A stretch of DNA of 64,000 bases. Origin: an uncultured delta proteobacterium (lineage in GTDB: Bacteria > Myxococcota > UBA727 > VGSZ01). A model generated the notes under the pieces. That model was not told where the DNA came from. It did no database searches and saw only the letters and a list, made by a program, of their open reading frames with translations. Position 1 is the stretch's first letter. Each line of letters begins with the position of its first letter. Below are positions 52,481 through 62,499 of the stretch, in pieces. Position numbers and translations under genes: made by a program. The stretch spans positions 1,184,001-1,248,000 of the forward strand of contig CAVZJB010000016.1 of assembly GCA_963775425.1 (NCBI GenBank), in the 5' to 3' direction.

Positions 52481-53056
52481 ATGCTCGGGCAGCCCATGCG
52501 CGCCGCCCGATCGCCCGAGGCCGCCTTCACTTCGCTGCTCGCAGGAGCGCGCGGAAAGAGCGTCAGCGTCGTCGACGCAAAGAGAGCCATCGACGCGCTC
52601 GCGCCGCTCGCCCCCGAGGAGCGCGCCGCCGTCGTCGACCGCTTCCTCGCGTCGTCGGGAGCGCGGGCGCTGTCGAGCGCCGCGCGCGACGCGCTCATCG
52701 AGGTCGGCGCGCCCTCGCCCGAAGAGCGCTTCGACGTCGCCGTCGAGCAGGCGGGCAAGGTGAAGGGCCGCATCACCAAGGGCGAGATCGAGCGCGCCCT
52801 GCGCCTGCTCGGTCCTGCCGGGACGTGGTCGGGCGGCGTCGTCGCGCGCGCGTTCCTCGAGGGCGAGCGCGCGGCGCGGCTCTCGCCGGGTGCACGTGCG
52901 GCCGTCGAGGCCTACGCCGCCGCCGGCGTCGCCGACGTGTTTCGCGCGGTCTTCGGCCAAGCGCTCAAGTCCAGGGACAAGGTGGTCGAAGCTCTGCTCG
53001 ACCGCATCCGAGACAACGCTCCTTTTCACGCCACGGCCGACGCCGTCCGCGACTGA
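52481..53056 (+). CDS. Hypothetical alpha-helical protein
   Basis: About 190 aa with typical codon usage; start 52481 or 52497. Confidence 0.6.
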   Translation: MLGQPMRAARSPEAAFTSLLAGARGKSVSVVDAKRAIDALAPLAPEERAAVVDRFLASSGARALSSAARDALIEVGAPSPEERFDVAVEQAGKVKGRITKGEIERALRLLGPAGTWSGGVVARAFLEGERAARLSPGARAAVEAYAAAGVADVFRAVFGQALKSRDKVVEALLDRIRDNAPFHATADAVRD

Positions 53057-53112
53057 CCCCCACACAGCCCCCTCCCCACTCCCGCCTCGCGCAGCCTCCG
53101 ACGGAGGACTCC

Positions 53113-54300
53113 TTGGATTGCCTCATCTTCCTCGCCACCGCGCTCGCGTCCACCTCGCCGGACGAGGTCTGTTGTGCAGAGCCCCCGTGCTCGGTCGAGC
53201 CCGGCGTCGTCGTCGCGCGCGGCCACGACCATGGCCGTCGGCTGCGCTCGGACTTCGAGACGCCCGACGCGCTCCTCGTCGCCGCCACCTCCGAGTGGCC
53301 CACCTCGCTGGCCGCGCTGCTCGCCGCCATCGACGGGCGCGTCCCCACCATCCTCCTCGATGAGAGCGACGACGACGGCGAGGTCGCGGTGTGGCCCGAG
53401 GCCGACGCCGACGTCGTCCTCGTGTCCATGCGCTTCGACAGCGGCTGGGTGCGCGACTACGGCCCGCTCCAGGTGCACACCAGGAAGGGCGTCGAGTGGC
53501 TCGACGCCGGGTACTACACCGACCGCCCCGACGACGACGAGGTCCCGCGGCGCCTGGCCCCGGAGCTCGACGCGGGCGTCTCACGCCTCCCGCTCGCCCT
53601 CGAGGGCGGCGGCATCATCAGCAACGGCCGCGGCCTGTGCGCCTCCACCACCATGAGCGTCGAGCGCGCCGAGATCGACATCGACGACCACGCCTACCTC
53701 GACAAGCTGCTCGACACGCTCGGCTGCCGCGTCTGGGCGCTGGTGCCACCCATCTACAGTGACTCCACCGGCCACGTGGACATGATGGCGCAGTTCGTCT
53801 CCGCCAACCGCGTCGTCGTCTCGAGCCTCGACGCCGGCCGGTTCCCCGACGAGGCCAAGGCCCTCGACGGCGCCGTCACCGTCCTCGAAGCCGGCGCGCG
53901 CGCGCTCGGGCAGAAGCTCGAGGTGCGCCGCGTGCCGACCGTCATCGACGCCGGCGGCCACATGCTCACCTACGTGAACGGCACCCGGATCTCCGGCGCC
54001 TTCCTCGTGCCGTCGTACACGCACGCGCCGCGGGCGCTCCAGCAACGTGCGTACCGCACGCTCAAGGCCGCCCTCGGTGGCTTGACGCTCCTGCCCGTCG
54101 CCGCCGACGAGCTCATCGACCTCGGCGGCGCCGTCCACTGCGCCACCCTCGGCATCACCCTGCCGCCTCCCCGCGTCGCGTCCGCGGCGGGTGCCCGGCC
54201 GCGCCGGGTGGGCGCCGCCGCGCACACGACGGGGCCGGCGGCGGCGACCACGCGCAGCCGCCTGCAACGCATCAGCGGCCGCGTGCGCGCCGTGCGCTGA
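53113..54300 (+). CDS. Agmatine/peptidylarginine deiminase family protein
   Basis: GGAGG RBS before TTG 53113; WVRDYGP, LEGGGI..NGRG, TGHVDM, TYVN, GGAVHCAT (catalytic D/H/D/C set present). Confidence 0.88.
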   Translation: MDCLIFLATALASTSPDEVCCAEPPCSVEPGVVVARGHDHGRRLRSDFETPDALLVAATSEWPTSLAALLAAIDGRVPTILLDESDDDGEVAVWPEADADVVLVSMRFDSGWVRDYGPLQVHTRKGVEWLDAGYYTDRPDDDEVPRRLAPELDAGVSRLPLALEGGGIISNGRGLCASTTMSVERAEIDIDDHAYLDKLLDTLGCRVWALVPPIYSDSTGHVDMMAQFVSANRVVVSSLDAGRFPDEAKALDGAVTVLEAGARALGQKLEVRRVPTVIDAGGHMLTYVNGTRISGAFLVPSYTHAPRALQQRAYRTLKAALGGLTLLPVAADELIDLGGAVHCATLGITLPPPRVASAAGARPRRVGAAAHTTGPAAATTRSRLQRISGRVRAVR

Positions 54301-54310
54301 TCTCGCTCGG

Positions 54311-56707
54311 CTATCGGCGCACGGTGATCACGGCGGGAGCCGACGCCTCCGCGCGGCGCGCGAACACCGCCTGGATGACGTGCTTGCCCGGGGTCAGCGT
54401 CCAGCGCACCTCGTGGGGGTAGCCCACCTCTGCCACCGGGCTCCCGTCGACGAGGAAGACCACGTCTTCGCTCCGCGGTTCCACGTCGGCGCGGAGGCGG
54501 ATGGTGGCGAACTCGGCGGGCGTGTCCGGATCCCACGTGTACTTCACGCCGCTGCGCGGCTCGACGAGCGCCACCGCCACGTCGTCCGTGAGCTTCGGGT
54601 GGCCGCCGCACAGCGGGCTCTCGTCCTCGGGCAACACCTCCATGTGCTGCTCGCGCGCCCACGGCGCGTAGGCCTCGTCGAGCTTGACGAAGGGCCGCTC
54701 CACGACGACGCCGGCCGGGCAACGCGACGTGGCCAACAGGCCGTTTCGCCGGTCGACGCGGGCGCGCACGTGCATGTCGCAGCGCTCGAACGGCTCCGTG
54801 CCCGGGCGAAAGCGCTCGACCTTCTTGTGCGGGCAGTCGGGGCCGGCGAGCTTGCCCGACAGCGCGCACACCGTGCGCGCGCGCCAGCTCGGCGGCGCGT
54901 CGAACCTCTCGGCCACGCTCTTGTACGGCGCCCGCAGCGGCATCACCGCGTCCATGATCGCGTGCGCCGCCGCCGCCGCCCCCGAGAAGCCGCCGAGGTG
55001 GTTCATGCGGCGCCAGTCGTGGTTGCCCACCCAGACCACGACGACGAGGCGGTCGCTCACCGCCGCGGTCCAGGCGTCGCGGTAGCCCTGGCTGGTGCCG
55101 GTCTTTGTTGCCACGGCGTACTCGTATTCGAGCACCGATCCCTGGGGAAAGCTCGGCCGCCGCGCGGCGTCGTCGGAGAGGATGTTTCGCACCATCGCCG
55201 CCGTGTCTGGCTCGAGGAGCCGCACCGGCGGCGCCGGCGGCGCGTCGACGAAGAAGCGCAGCGGCCGGTAGCTGCCGTCGTCGCCCAGGGCGCGATAGAG
55301 GCCGGCGAGCTCCAGCGGCGTGGTCTGCAGGTTGCCGATGGCGAGGCCGAGCCCGTAGCGGCCCGGCTCGAACGAGACGTCCTTCACCCCGCCCTTGTCG
55401 AACAGCGCGAGCGCCGGCTCCACGCCGACGTCCTGCAGCACGCGCAGCGCGGGGATGTTGCGCGAGTTGGCGAGGGCCTCACGCAGGAGCATGGGCCCGA
55501 GGAACGCGAGGTTGATGTTCTTGGGCAGATACGAACGGCCGCCGTCGGTGACGAAGTCCATGGGCGTGTCCGGGACGGCGGTGGCGGCGGTGAAGCGCCC
55601 GCTCTCGAGCGCGAGCCCGTAGATGAACGGCTTGAGCGTGGAGCCCGGGCTGCGCTTGACGTCGAGGAAGTCGATGGCGCCGTGGGCCGCCTTGTCGAAG
55701 TAGTCGGCGGAGCCGACGTAGGCGAGCACGTCGGCGCTGCGGAGGTCGAGGACGACGGCGGCGGTGTTGGTGGCCCCCCGCACGCGAACGCGCTCGAGGT
55801 TCTCCTCGACGACGGCGGCCACCTTCTCCTGGATCTCGAGGTCGAGGGTGGCCTGCTGGATGGTCTCGTCGCGCTTCGCGGCGCGCTTGGCCCACGCGAG
55901 CGCGGCGTGGATGGCCTCGGGCGCCCGCTGCCGGCGGTCGACGATGCCGAGGTCGCTCTTGAGGGCGATGTCGAGGTCGTCCTCGTTGATGAGCCCGCGG
56001 GCGCGAAGGGTGCGCAGGATGCGGCGGGCGCGCTTCAGCCCGCGCGCGCGCCCCTGGTCGTCCCACGGGCTCATGCGCGCGGGCGCCTGCGGCAGCGCGG
56101 CGAGGTAGGCGGCCTGGAGCCAGGAGAGGTCCTCGACGGGCTTGTCGAAGTAGGCGCGGGCGGCGCGGGCGGCGCCGTGCACGCGGTTGCCGTACGGGGC
56201 CAGCGTCAGGTACTGGCGCAGGACCTCGTCGTGGCCGTAGTGGTCGACGAGGATCTCGGCCTCCACCGCCTCCTGCAGCTTGGCGAGGAGCGACCGTGAG
56301 CGACCGCTCTGCATGCGCGCCACCTGCATGGCGATGGTGGAGGCGCCGGAAACCACCCGGCGGGCGCGCAGGTTCTGGAGCACGGCGCGGCCGACGGACT
56401 TCAGTCGTACACCTTCATGGTCATAGAAGTGTCGATCCTCGGTCTCCCGCGTGGCCACCGCCATGCGCTCGGGAAGCATATACGGCACGGGCCACCAGCC
56501 GAAGCAATCGTCGTCGCCGGGGACCTCGCCGATCTCCTCACCGTGCCGATCGACGATGAGCTTGGAGGGCCCCCGCTCCACGAGCCGGGTCTGGAGCGAC
56601 GCGGCGAAGCTCACTCCGACAATCACCCAAGTAGCAAAGCCACCGACGAGCGCCCCGACCGCCGCGCGCCGATGCCAGTACCGCGGGGGAGCGGCGGCGT
56701 CGTTCAT
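54311..56707 (-). CDS. pbpC: Penicillin-binding protein 1C
   Basis: Transglycosylase EDRHFYDHEG, GASTIAMQVAR; transpeptidase SPGSTLKPF (SxxK), SRN, KTGTS; C-terminal beta domain; coupled to the A2M gene. Confidence 0.94.
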   Translation of the reverse strand: MNDAAAPPRYWHRRAAVGALVGGFATWVIVGVSFAASLQTRLVERGPSKLIVDRHGEEIGEVPGDDDCFGWWPVPYMLPERMAVATRETEDRHFYDHEGVRLKSVGRAVLQNLRARRVVSGASTIAMQVARMQSGRSRSLLAKLQEAVEAEILVDHYGHDEVLRQYLTLAPYGNRVHGAARAARAYFDKPVEDLSWLQAAYLAALPQAPARMSPWDDQGRARGLKRARRILRTLRARGLINEDDLDIALKSDLGIVDRRQRAPEAIHAALAWAKRAAKRDETIQQATLDLEIQEKVAAVVEENLERVRVRGATNTAAVVLDLRSADVLAYVGSADYFDKAAHGAIDFLDVKRSPGSTLKPFIYGLALESGRFTAATAVPDTPMDFVTDGGRSYLPKNINLAFLGPMLLREALANSRNIPALRVLQDVGVEPALALFDKGGVKDVSFEPGRYGLGLAIGNLQTTPLELAGLYRALGDDGSYRPLRFFVDAPPAPPVRLLEPDTAAMVRNILSDDAARRPSFPQGSVLEYEYAVATKTGTSQGYRDAWTAAVSDRLVVVVWVGNHDWRRMNHLGGFSGAAAAAHAIMDAVMPLRAPYKSVAERFDAPPSWRARTVCALSGKLAGPDCPHKKVERFRPGTEPFERCDMHVRARVDRRNGLLATSRCPAGVVVERPFVKLDEAYAPWAREQHMEVLPEDESPLCGGHPKLTDDVAVALVEPRSGVKYTWDPDTPAEFATIRLRADVEPRSEDVVFLVDGSPVAEVGYPHEVRWTLTPGKHVIQAVFARRAEASAPAVITVRR

Positions 56708-59700
56708 TTGGCGTCGGCCGCCGGGGTGATGATCACGCGCATGCCGTCGCCGCGGCCGCGCACGGTGTCGTCGTACATGAGCTCCGCGAGCGCCGGCGGG
56801 TGGACGTAGGAGCCGGGCGTCGTCGCCTTCACGCGGAAGTGGAAGCTGAACGTCCCGCGCGGCAGCGAACGGAAGTAGTAACGGACCTCGCTGTCGAGCC
56901 GCTCGACGTACGTGGGCGTGATGCTGTCGTGCTCCGACGGCACCGCCTCCGACGACGACGTCTTCAGGGCCGGGTTCAAGGGCTCGAAGCCCGCGGCGAA
57001 CGGCACCGTGAACGCCACGTTGGACCGGGCCTTGTCCGAGGTCACGGTCGCGTGGATCTCGACGACGTCGCCGACGGCGAGCGTGCGCTCGGCGGCCCGC
57101 TTGTCCTCGAGCCGCACGGGCTCGCCGCCGCCCTTCTTCAGCACCGTCATCGCGCGCTGCACGATGAAGCCGTTCTTGAGCGCGCCCACGCGGTCACCGA
57201 GGGCCGCCGGCAGCCAGGTGCGCTTCACCCGCGCCTGCACTGGGTTCCCCGTCACCGTCACCGTGAGCGGCCCGTCCTCCGCCACGCTCGCGCGCGCCGC
57301 CTTGATGCGGTCGTCGAGCGCGAGTTCCACCCGGCGTCGCTTGCCGGCGTCGACGACGATCACCTTGGCGGGCTCGCGGCCCGGGCGCGCCTCCTTCAGG
57401 TACGTGACGATCGCGTCCACCGCGCGCCGGTTGTCGTAGGTGGAGCCGAAGCCGCGCATGCCGTTGGACTGCCGCAGCAGCCCGTCGAACAGCAACGGCA
57501 GGTCACCGTTTTCCGGGTCGAGCTCCGACAGGCCCTGCACCACGCCCGCCAGCGTCGACGTCGGCGAGCCCAGGATGAGGCCACCCCAGTCGACGCGCGG
57601 ATCCGAGAGCCCGACGTACACGCGCTTTCCGTGATCGAGCTTGAACACCACCGAGCCCCACAGCTCGTCGCGCGCCTTCTTCAGGTCGGCGTCGAACACC
57701 GACCGCATGCGCAACATCGCCAGAGCCAGCTCCGTTCGGCTCGTGAGGTCCATGTCGCGCCGCGTACGAAACAGGTCGGTGAGGTAGTGCTCGTCGTGCT
57801 CGCCGATGACGAACAGCGAGCGCAGCGCCGCGGTCTGCTCGTTGTAGCGGTAGCCGCTGATGAAGCCGGGGTAGTCGGAGCGCAGCGCGCGTTTGAGCGC
57901 CTCCACCGCGCGTGCCTTGACCTTGTCGTCGAGGTGAAGGCCGATGCCCTCCGCCATGCTCACGAAGGCGAGCGCGTCCGCGGTGAGCTGCACGTCGCCG
58001 ACGGTCCCCGGCCAATAGGCGAACCGCCCGTCGTCGTCCTGGAAGGCGGGCATCTCCTCGAGGAGCCGCTTGACGTTGTCCTTGATGGCGCCCGCCTCAC
58101 CGAAGCCGCCGAGCACGGCGCCGAGCTGGCCGAGGGCGAGCTGCGGCGCCAGCCGCGACAGCTTCTGCTCGAGGCAGCCATGGGGGTACTCCTCCGTGTA
58201 TTCGAGCGCGCCCACCGCCTCGAGGAGCCCGCGCACCGTGGTGGCCACCACCTCCTGCCGCACGGTCCCCGGCCGCGGCGGCTCCGGCAGCGCCGGCAGC
58301 GCGCGCGTGCCCGTTGGCCAGCTCTCCATGGTCGCCATGCTCTCGTATTGGCGATCGGGCAGCACCGGGATGCTCACCTCGAACGCGTCGCCGACGCCGT
58401 CGCTCTTTCTGTACACGTCGACCTTGACCTTGAGCGCCTCGGGGCCGGGCCCGTTTTTGATCTCCATCGGGAAAATCACGCTCTGGGCCTTGTTCTTCGC
58501 GAGCTTCACGTCGCGGGAGCGCTTGCGCAGGTCCACGGGGCCCGACATCTCGAGCTTCACGACGCCGGGGCCGTCCTTGCCCTCGACGACGCGCGCGACC
58601 GCGCCGCCCTCGATGGTGTCCCCGCGCCGCACGAAGCGGGGCAACTGCGGCTGCACCAGCACCGGCAGGCGCACGCGGATCTTCGACTCCCAGTTCCCGA
58701 ACCGCTCGACGCCGCTCGCCGCCACCGCGCGCACCTTGAAGTTGGTGAGGTCGTCGGAGAGCTTCACCGGCACCGTGAGCTTGCCGCTGGCGGGCACCTG
58801 CAGCGTGGCCGCGTAGTACGGCACCGTCTGGAAGTTCTTGCGCACCCTGCGGTGCGGAGCCCCCTCGCCCTCCTCCTCCGCCTGCTTCTCGTCGGCGCCG
58901 TCGCCTCCCGGCGCCTCCTCGACGAGGAGGCGGCCGACCACCTCGTTGCGCGTGTCGCTCACGGAGGTCTTTCGCTCGTTCCTGACGATGAAGCTCGAGA
59001 GCGGATCGAGCGTGCCCTCGGGGGCAAGCGCGAGCACCGCCTCGTCCACCAGCCACAGGGTCACCTCGCCGGCCAGCGGCGCCCCGCGGTCGTCCTTAAG
59101 CGTGATGCCGAAGTCGACGGTCTGTCCCGGGCGCGCGGTCTCCGGGTGCTTCACCACCACCTCCACGGTGTTCTTCACCGGCTCCACCGGCAGGTCGATG
59201 GACGCCGCCATGGTCTCCGGCCGATAGGGCGCGTCGTCGCCGCCGGCCGAAGGCTCGCCGAGGCGGGGCCGCATGAGCACCACGTGCACCGGGAGGTTCG
59301 GCACGTGCTCGCGGGCGATGGGGACGTCGACGGTGGCGTTGCCGCCGTCGACGTCGAGGAAGCGGTAGCGGTTGCCCGCCGGCTCCTCCACGATCACCAG
59401 CGCCTTGGCGTGGGTGAACGGCGACTTGACCACCACGTGGGCGACGTCGCCGGGCGCGTACTTCTTGGGCTCGGCCTTGTCGGGCACGAGCTCGAACACG
59501 CCGGCCTCGCCCTTTTGCCACGCCACCGGCTGCTTGCCGCCGACGTAGAGATCGGCCGACAACGTCTGCACCCGGCCGAGCTTGTCGCGCGCCGACAGCT
59601 CCACCACGTACACGCCGGCCTCCGCCACGGGCAGCTTGGCCTTCATGACGTCGGCGGCGGTGACGACGTCGATCTCGGCGATCTTGTCGTCCTCCTGCTC

Positions 59701-62499
59701 CGTGACGTACGACGCCTGACCCGTGGCGAACTGGCTCTCGCGCAGGTGCGAGTGCCAGGTGCGCTTGTACAGCCGCACCTTCACCTTCTGGCCCTTGAGC
59801 AACTTGTCGTCGACGCCGACCGCGATGATCTCGGGCTCGAGCGTGAGCGGCTTGTTCGAGTAGCGCGGCAGGCGCATGCCGAGAGTGAACGGCGGCAACG
59901 CCTCCACCTCCGTCACGGCGCTCACCTCCTGGTTGTCCGCGCCCGTGACGGTGGCCTCGAAGCGATAGACGCGGGGCGAGCCGTCGAGGTCGAGGGCGGG
60001 GTTCACCTCGATCTCGTCGGCGCCGTCGTCGGACAGCTCGCCGCTCTTCTCGGTGCGCTCGTCGGGGTGCCGGGCCTCGGGCCGCGCGAACTGCATGCTC
60101 GAGGCGAACAGGAAGCCCTCGCGCCCGCGGGGCACGTGGTGCGCGGGCCGCCGCGTGACCGTCCAATGGATCTTCTCGTGGGCGACGTTGCCGCCGGCGT
60201 AGTAGCGCGCCATGGCCTTGACCTTGAACGGCCCGTCGAGCCGCGCCCGCAGCGGCCCGCTGAGCTGCACCTCGAAGGTGGGGATGCGGTAGGCCTCGAT
60301 CTGGAAGTTGCGCGCCGCGAGGGTTCGACCGTTTTCGACGAGGCTGGCGGTGTAGCTGCCGGTGGGCGGATCGTCCTTCTGCCACACGGCGTCGAAGCCG
60401 AAGAGCGCCGAGCGCTTGGGCTTGAGCTTCCACTGCTGTCCACCGGGCCCGTCGATCTGGATGACGAAGGACGTCTTCTTGTCGATCACGGGCAGGGACA
60501 GGACGCCGCCACGCTTGTCACGCAGGTACCCCTTCAGGAACACCTTCTCACCGGGCCGGTAGATGGGCCGCTCGGTGAACAGGAAGCCGAGCGCGTGATC
60601 GTTCTCCGGCGGCGGCACCGGCGCCGTCAGGTGCGCGAGCCAGGTCCCGCCCGCCGACCAGTGGTTGCGCATGAACTGCGGCGGCGGGCTGCGCGGGTCG
60701 AACACCAGCACGTCCTCGCCCTTGCGGACCACGACGCGGAGCACCTGCTCCCACTCGGGGTGCACGTCGACCACGGCCTTGCCGCCGGCGTCGGTGACCA
60801 CGGTGACCTCGTCGAAGCGCGGCCCCTTGTCGCCCTTCTTCGGATCCAGGCGCACCTCGAACGTGAGGCGCGCGCCGTCGACGGGCGCGGCGCCGTCGAG
60901 CGTGCGCACGAAGAACACCGCGCGGCCGCGCTCCTCGGCGGTGGTGACGCTCATGTTGGTGATCTGCACCCGCACGTAGCTCCGCTCGGGCGGGCCCTGC
61001 AGGCGGCGCAGCCCGACCAGATAGGTGCCCGGCCGGTGCGCGCCGACGGCGGCGTCGAGCATGGGCCCGATGTCGAGGCCGAAGGACGTGCTCCCGCTCT
61101 TGTCGCCGAGCGGGAGGTCCACCACCTTGGACACGAGCGGCGAGCCGAGCATGCGAAGGTGCGACGCGAGCACGCCCGCCTCCACGTAGGTCCCCACCGG
61201 CGGCATCGCCGGCTCCTGCCCGGGAAACGGCGGCGGCGCGTCCTCGTTCACCACCACCGGCGACGACGGGAACGGCCACAGCCCCGGGTGGAGCGGATCG
61301 ATGCGGTAGATGCGCACGTCGGCGCGCGGCTCGCCGTAGCCGACGAGCGGGACCATGCGCGGCCCGCGCTCCTCGAGCATCGACTGCCCCTCGCGGAAGC
61401 GCAAAAACGGCCGCTTCCACCCCACGTAGAAGTAGAGCTCGACGGCGCCGGGGTCGACGAGCGGCCGCCCCTCATTGTCGACGACGGGGGCCGCCTGCAC
61501 GCGCATCTTGTAGAGCGTGTCCGGGACCAGCTTGCCCTCGAGTTGCACGCGGCTGCCGAACACACGCGCGCGCAGGTCGGGCACACTCGGCTCCAGGTGC
61601 ACGAGCTTCTTCACCGCCGTGAGCGTCAGCTCCGCCGGCGGCGCCGAGAACACGAGCTGCGGGGCCTCTCCCTGGCTGCCGCAGTCGAGCGCGCGCTCCT
61701 TCTGCGCCCGCGGCGCGCCCACCACGCTCGCCCGATCACCGCCGCACGACACCTCGAGCAGCGTGAAGGCCCCGCGTGTGGACGCGCGCCCGGTCCACAG
61801 GCTCTTGCCCTCGTCCCCGAGGGCGAGCGCGAGCGTGACCACGAGCTGCTTGCCCTCGCCTACCTCGTCGTCGAGGGTGACGGCGTAGACCGCCGGATCC
61901 TTCTGATCGGCGCGCGGCAGCTCGGCGATGCTCGGGTTGTCGACGAGGGTGCGCGCGCTGTCGCCGATGCCGGGGAGGTCCCTGATCTCGATCTTCAGCA
62001 TCTTCTTGAGCGCGTCGAGCGGGAGCGCCTGGGGGAAGGTCAAGGTGAGCGTGCGGAACGGCCTCAGGTTGTCGGCGCCGTCGGCCGGCGACATCGCCAT
62101 GGGCGCGGTCATCATCGTGGACAACACGCGCGACGCGCCGTCGGCCTCGACGGCGAAGCGCGACAGCGCGGGCCACGGCTCCGCCGGCCGGAACTGGAGC
62201 GTCTTTCGGTCGAGCCAGGTCCACGCGCCCGGCCACGCCGGCTTCATCCGCGCCAGCCGCGACGGGTCGTCGGCGGGGGCGTGGCTGCCGCCGGCGCCGG
62301 CGGGGCCGACGTTGGCGACGAAGTAGACGGTGACCGGGTCGTACCCGCGCAGGAAGCGCTCGGGGAGGATCTCGGTCTTGTCGGACGCGGGCCGCTGGTG
62401 CTCGTCGGCGGCCGTATAGATCGTCTCGGCGGCCACGGCGCCGACGGCGACGGCGAGGAGGAGGGGGACGGCGACGCGCGGTCGCAAGCGCGATCTCAT
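56704..62499 (-). CDS. Bacterial alpha-2-macroglobulin (1931 aa)
   Basis: TERPIYRPGE, YRIPTFEV, YAPGD, LVDEAVLAL, VRKNF, LSDDLTNF, PRFVRRGD, thioester YPHGCLEQ, AGFEPLNP, PALAELMYD; ATG 62499 overlaps the upstream stop. Confidence 0.95.
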   Translation of the reverse strand: MRSRLRPRVAVPLLLAVAVGAVAAETIYTAADEHQRPASDKTEILPERFLRGYDPVTVYFVANVGPAGAGGSHAPADDPSRLARMKPAWPGAWTWLDRKTLQFRPAEPWPALSRFAVEADGASRVLSTMMTAPMAMSPADGADNLRPFRTLTLTFPQALPLDALKKMLKIEIRDLPGIGDSARTLVDNPSIAELPRADQKDPAVYAVTLDDEVGEGKQLVVTLALALGDEGKSLWTGRASTRGAFTLLEVSCGGDRASVVGAPRAQKERALDCGSQGEAPQLVFSAPPAELTLTAVKKLVHLEPSVPDLRARVFGSRVQLEGKLVPDTLYKMRVQAAPVVDNEGRPLVDPGAVELYFYVGWKRPFLRFREGQSMLEERGPRMVPLVGYGEPRADVRIYRIDPLHPGLWPFPSSPVVVNEDAPPPFPGQEPAMPPVGTYVEAGVLASHLRMLGSPLVSKVVDLPLGDKSGSTSFGLDIGPMLDAAVGAHRPGTYLVGLRRLQGPPERSYVRVQITNMSVTTAEERGRAVFFVRTLDGAAPVDGARLTFEVRLDPKKGDKGPRFDEVTVVTDAGGKAVVDVHPEWEQVLRVVVRKGEDVLVFDPRSPPPQFMRNHWSAGGTWLAHLTAPVPPPENDHALGFLFTERPIYRPGEKVFLKGYLRDKRGGVLSLPVIDKKTSFVIQIDGPGGQQWKLKPKRSALFGFDAVWQKDDPPTGSYTASLVENGRTLAARNFQIEAYRIPTFEVQLSGPLRARLDGPFKVKAMARYYAGGNVAHEKIHWTVTRRPAHHVPRGREGFLFASSMQFARPEARHPDERTEKSGELSDDGADEIEVNPALDLDGSPRVYRFEATVTGADNQEVSAVTEVEALPPFTLGMRLPRYSNKPLTLEPEIIAVGVDDKLLKGQKVKVRLYKRTWHSHLRESQFATGQASYVTEQEDDKIAEIDVVTAADVMKAKLPVAEAGVYVVELSARDKLGRVQTLSADLYVGGKQPVAWQKGEAGVFELVPDKAEPKKYAPGDVAHVVVKSPFTHAKALVIVEEPAGNRYRFLDVDGGNATVDVPIAREHVPNLPVHVVLMRPRLGEPSAGGDDAPYRPETMAASIDLPVEPVKNTVEVVVKHPETARPGQTVDFGITLKDDRGAPLAGEVTLWLVDEAVLALAPEGTLDPLSSFIVRNERKTSVSDTRNEVVGRLLVEEAPGGDGADEKQAEEEGEGAPHRRVRKNFQTVPYYAATLQVPASGKLTVPVKLSDDLTNFKVRAVAASGVERFGNWESKIRVRLPVLVQPQLPRFVRRGDTIEGGAVARVVEGKDGPGVVKLEMSGPVDLRKRSRDVKLAKNKAQSVIFPMEIKNGPGPEALKVKVDVYRKSDGVGDAFEVSIPVLPDRQYESMATMESWPTGTRALPALPEPPRPGTVRQEVVATTVRGLLEAVGALEYTEEYPHGCLEQKLSRLAPQLALGQLGAVLGGFGEAGAIKDNVKRLLEEMPAFQDDDGRFAYWPGTVGDVQLTADALAFVSMAEGIGLHLDDKVKARAVEALKRALRSDYPGFISGYRYNEQTAALRSLFVIGEHDEHYLTDLFRTRRDMDLTSRTELALAMLRMRSVFDADLKKARDELWGSVVFKLDHGKRVYVGLSDPRVDWGGLILGSPTSTLAGVVQGLSELDPENGDLPLLFDGLLRQSNGMRGFGSTYDNRRAVDAIVTYLKEARPGREPAKVIVVDAGKRRRVELALDDRIKAARASVAEDGPLTVTVTGNPVQARVKRTWLPAALGDRVGALKNGFIVQRAMTVLKKGGGEPVRLEDKRAAERTLAVGDVVEIHATVTSDKARSNVAFTVPFAAGFEPLNPALKTSSSEAVPSEHDSITPTYVERLDSEVRYYFRSLPRGTFSFHFRVKATTPGSYVHPPALAELMYDDTVRGRGDGMRVIITPAADAK

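Noticed and set aside
53057-53090. C-rich tract upstream of the deiminase (G4 on the minus strand)
   Set aside because: Short and irregular; expected in high-GC DNA.
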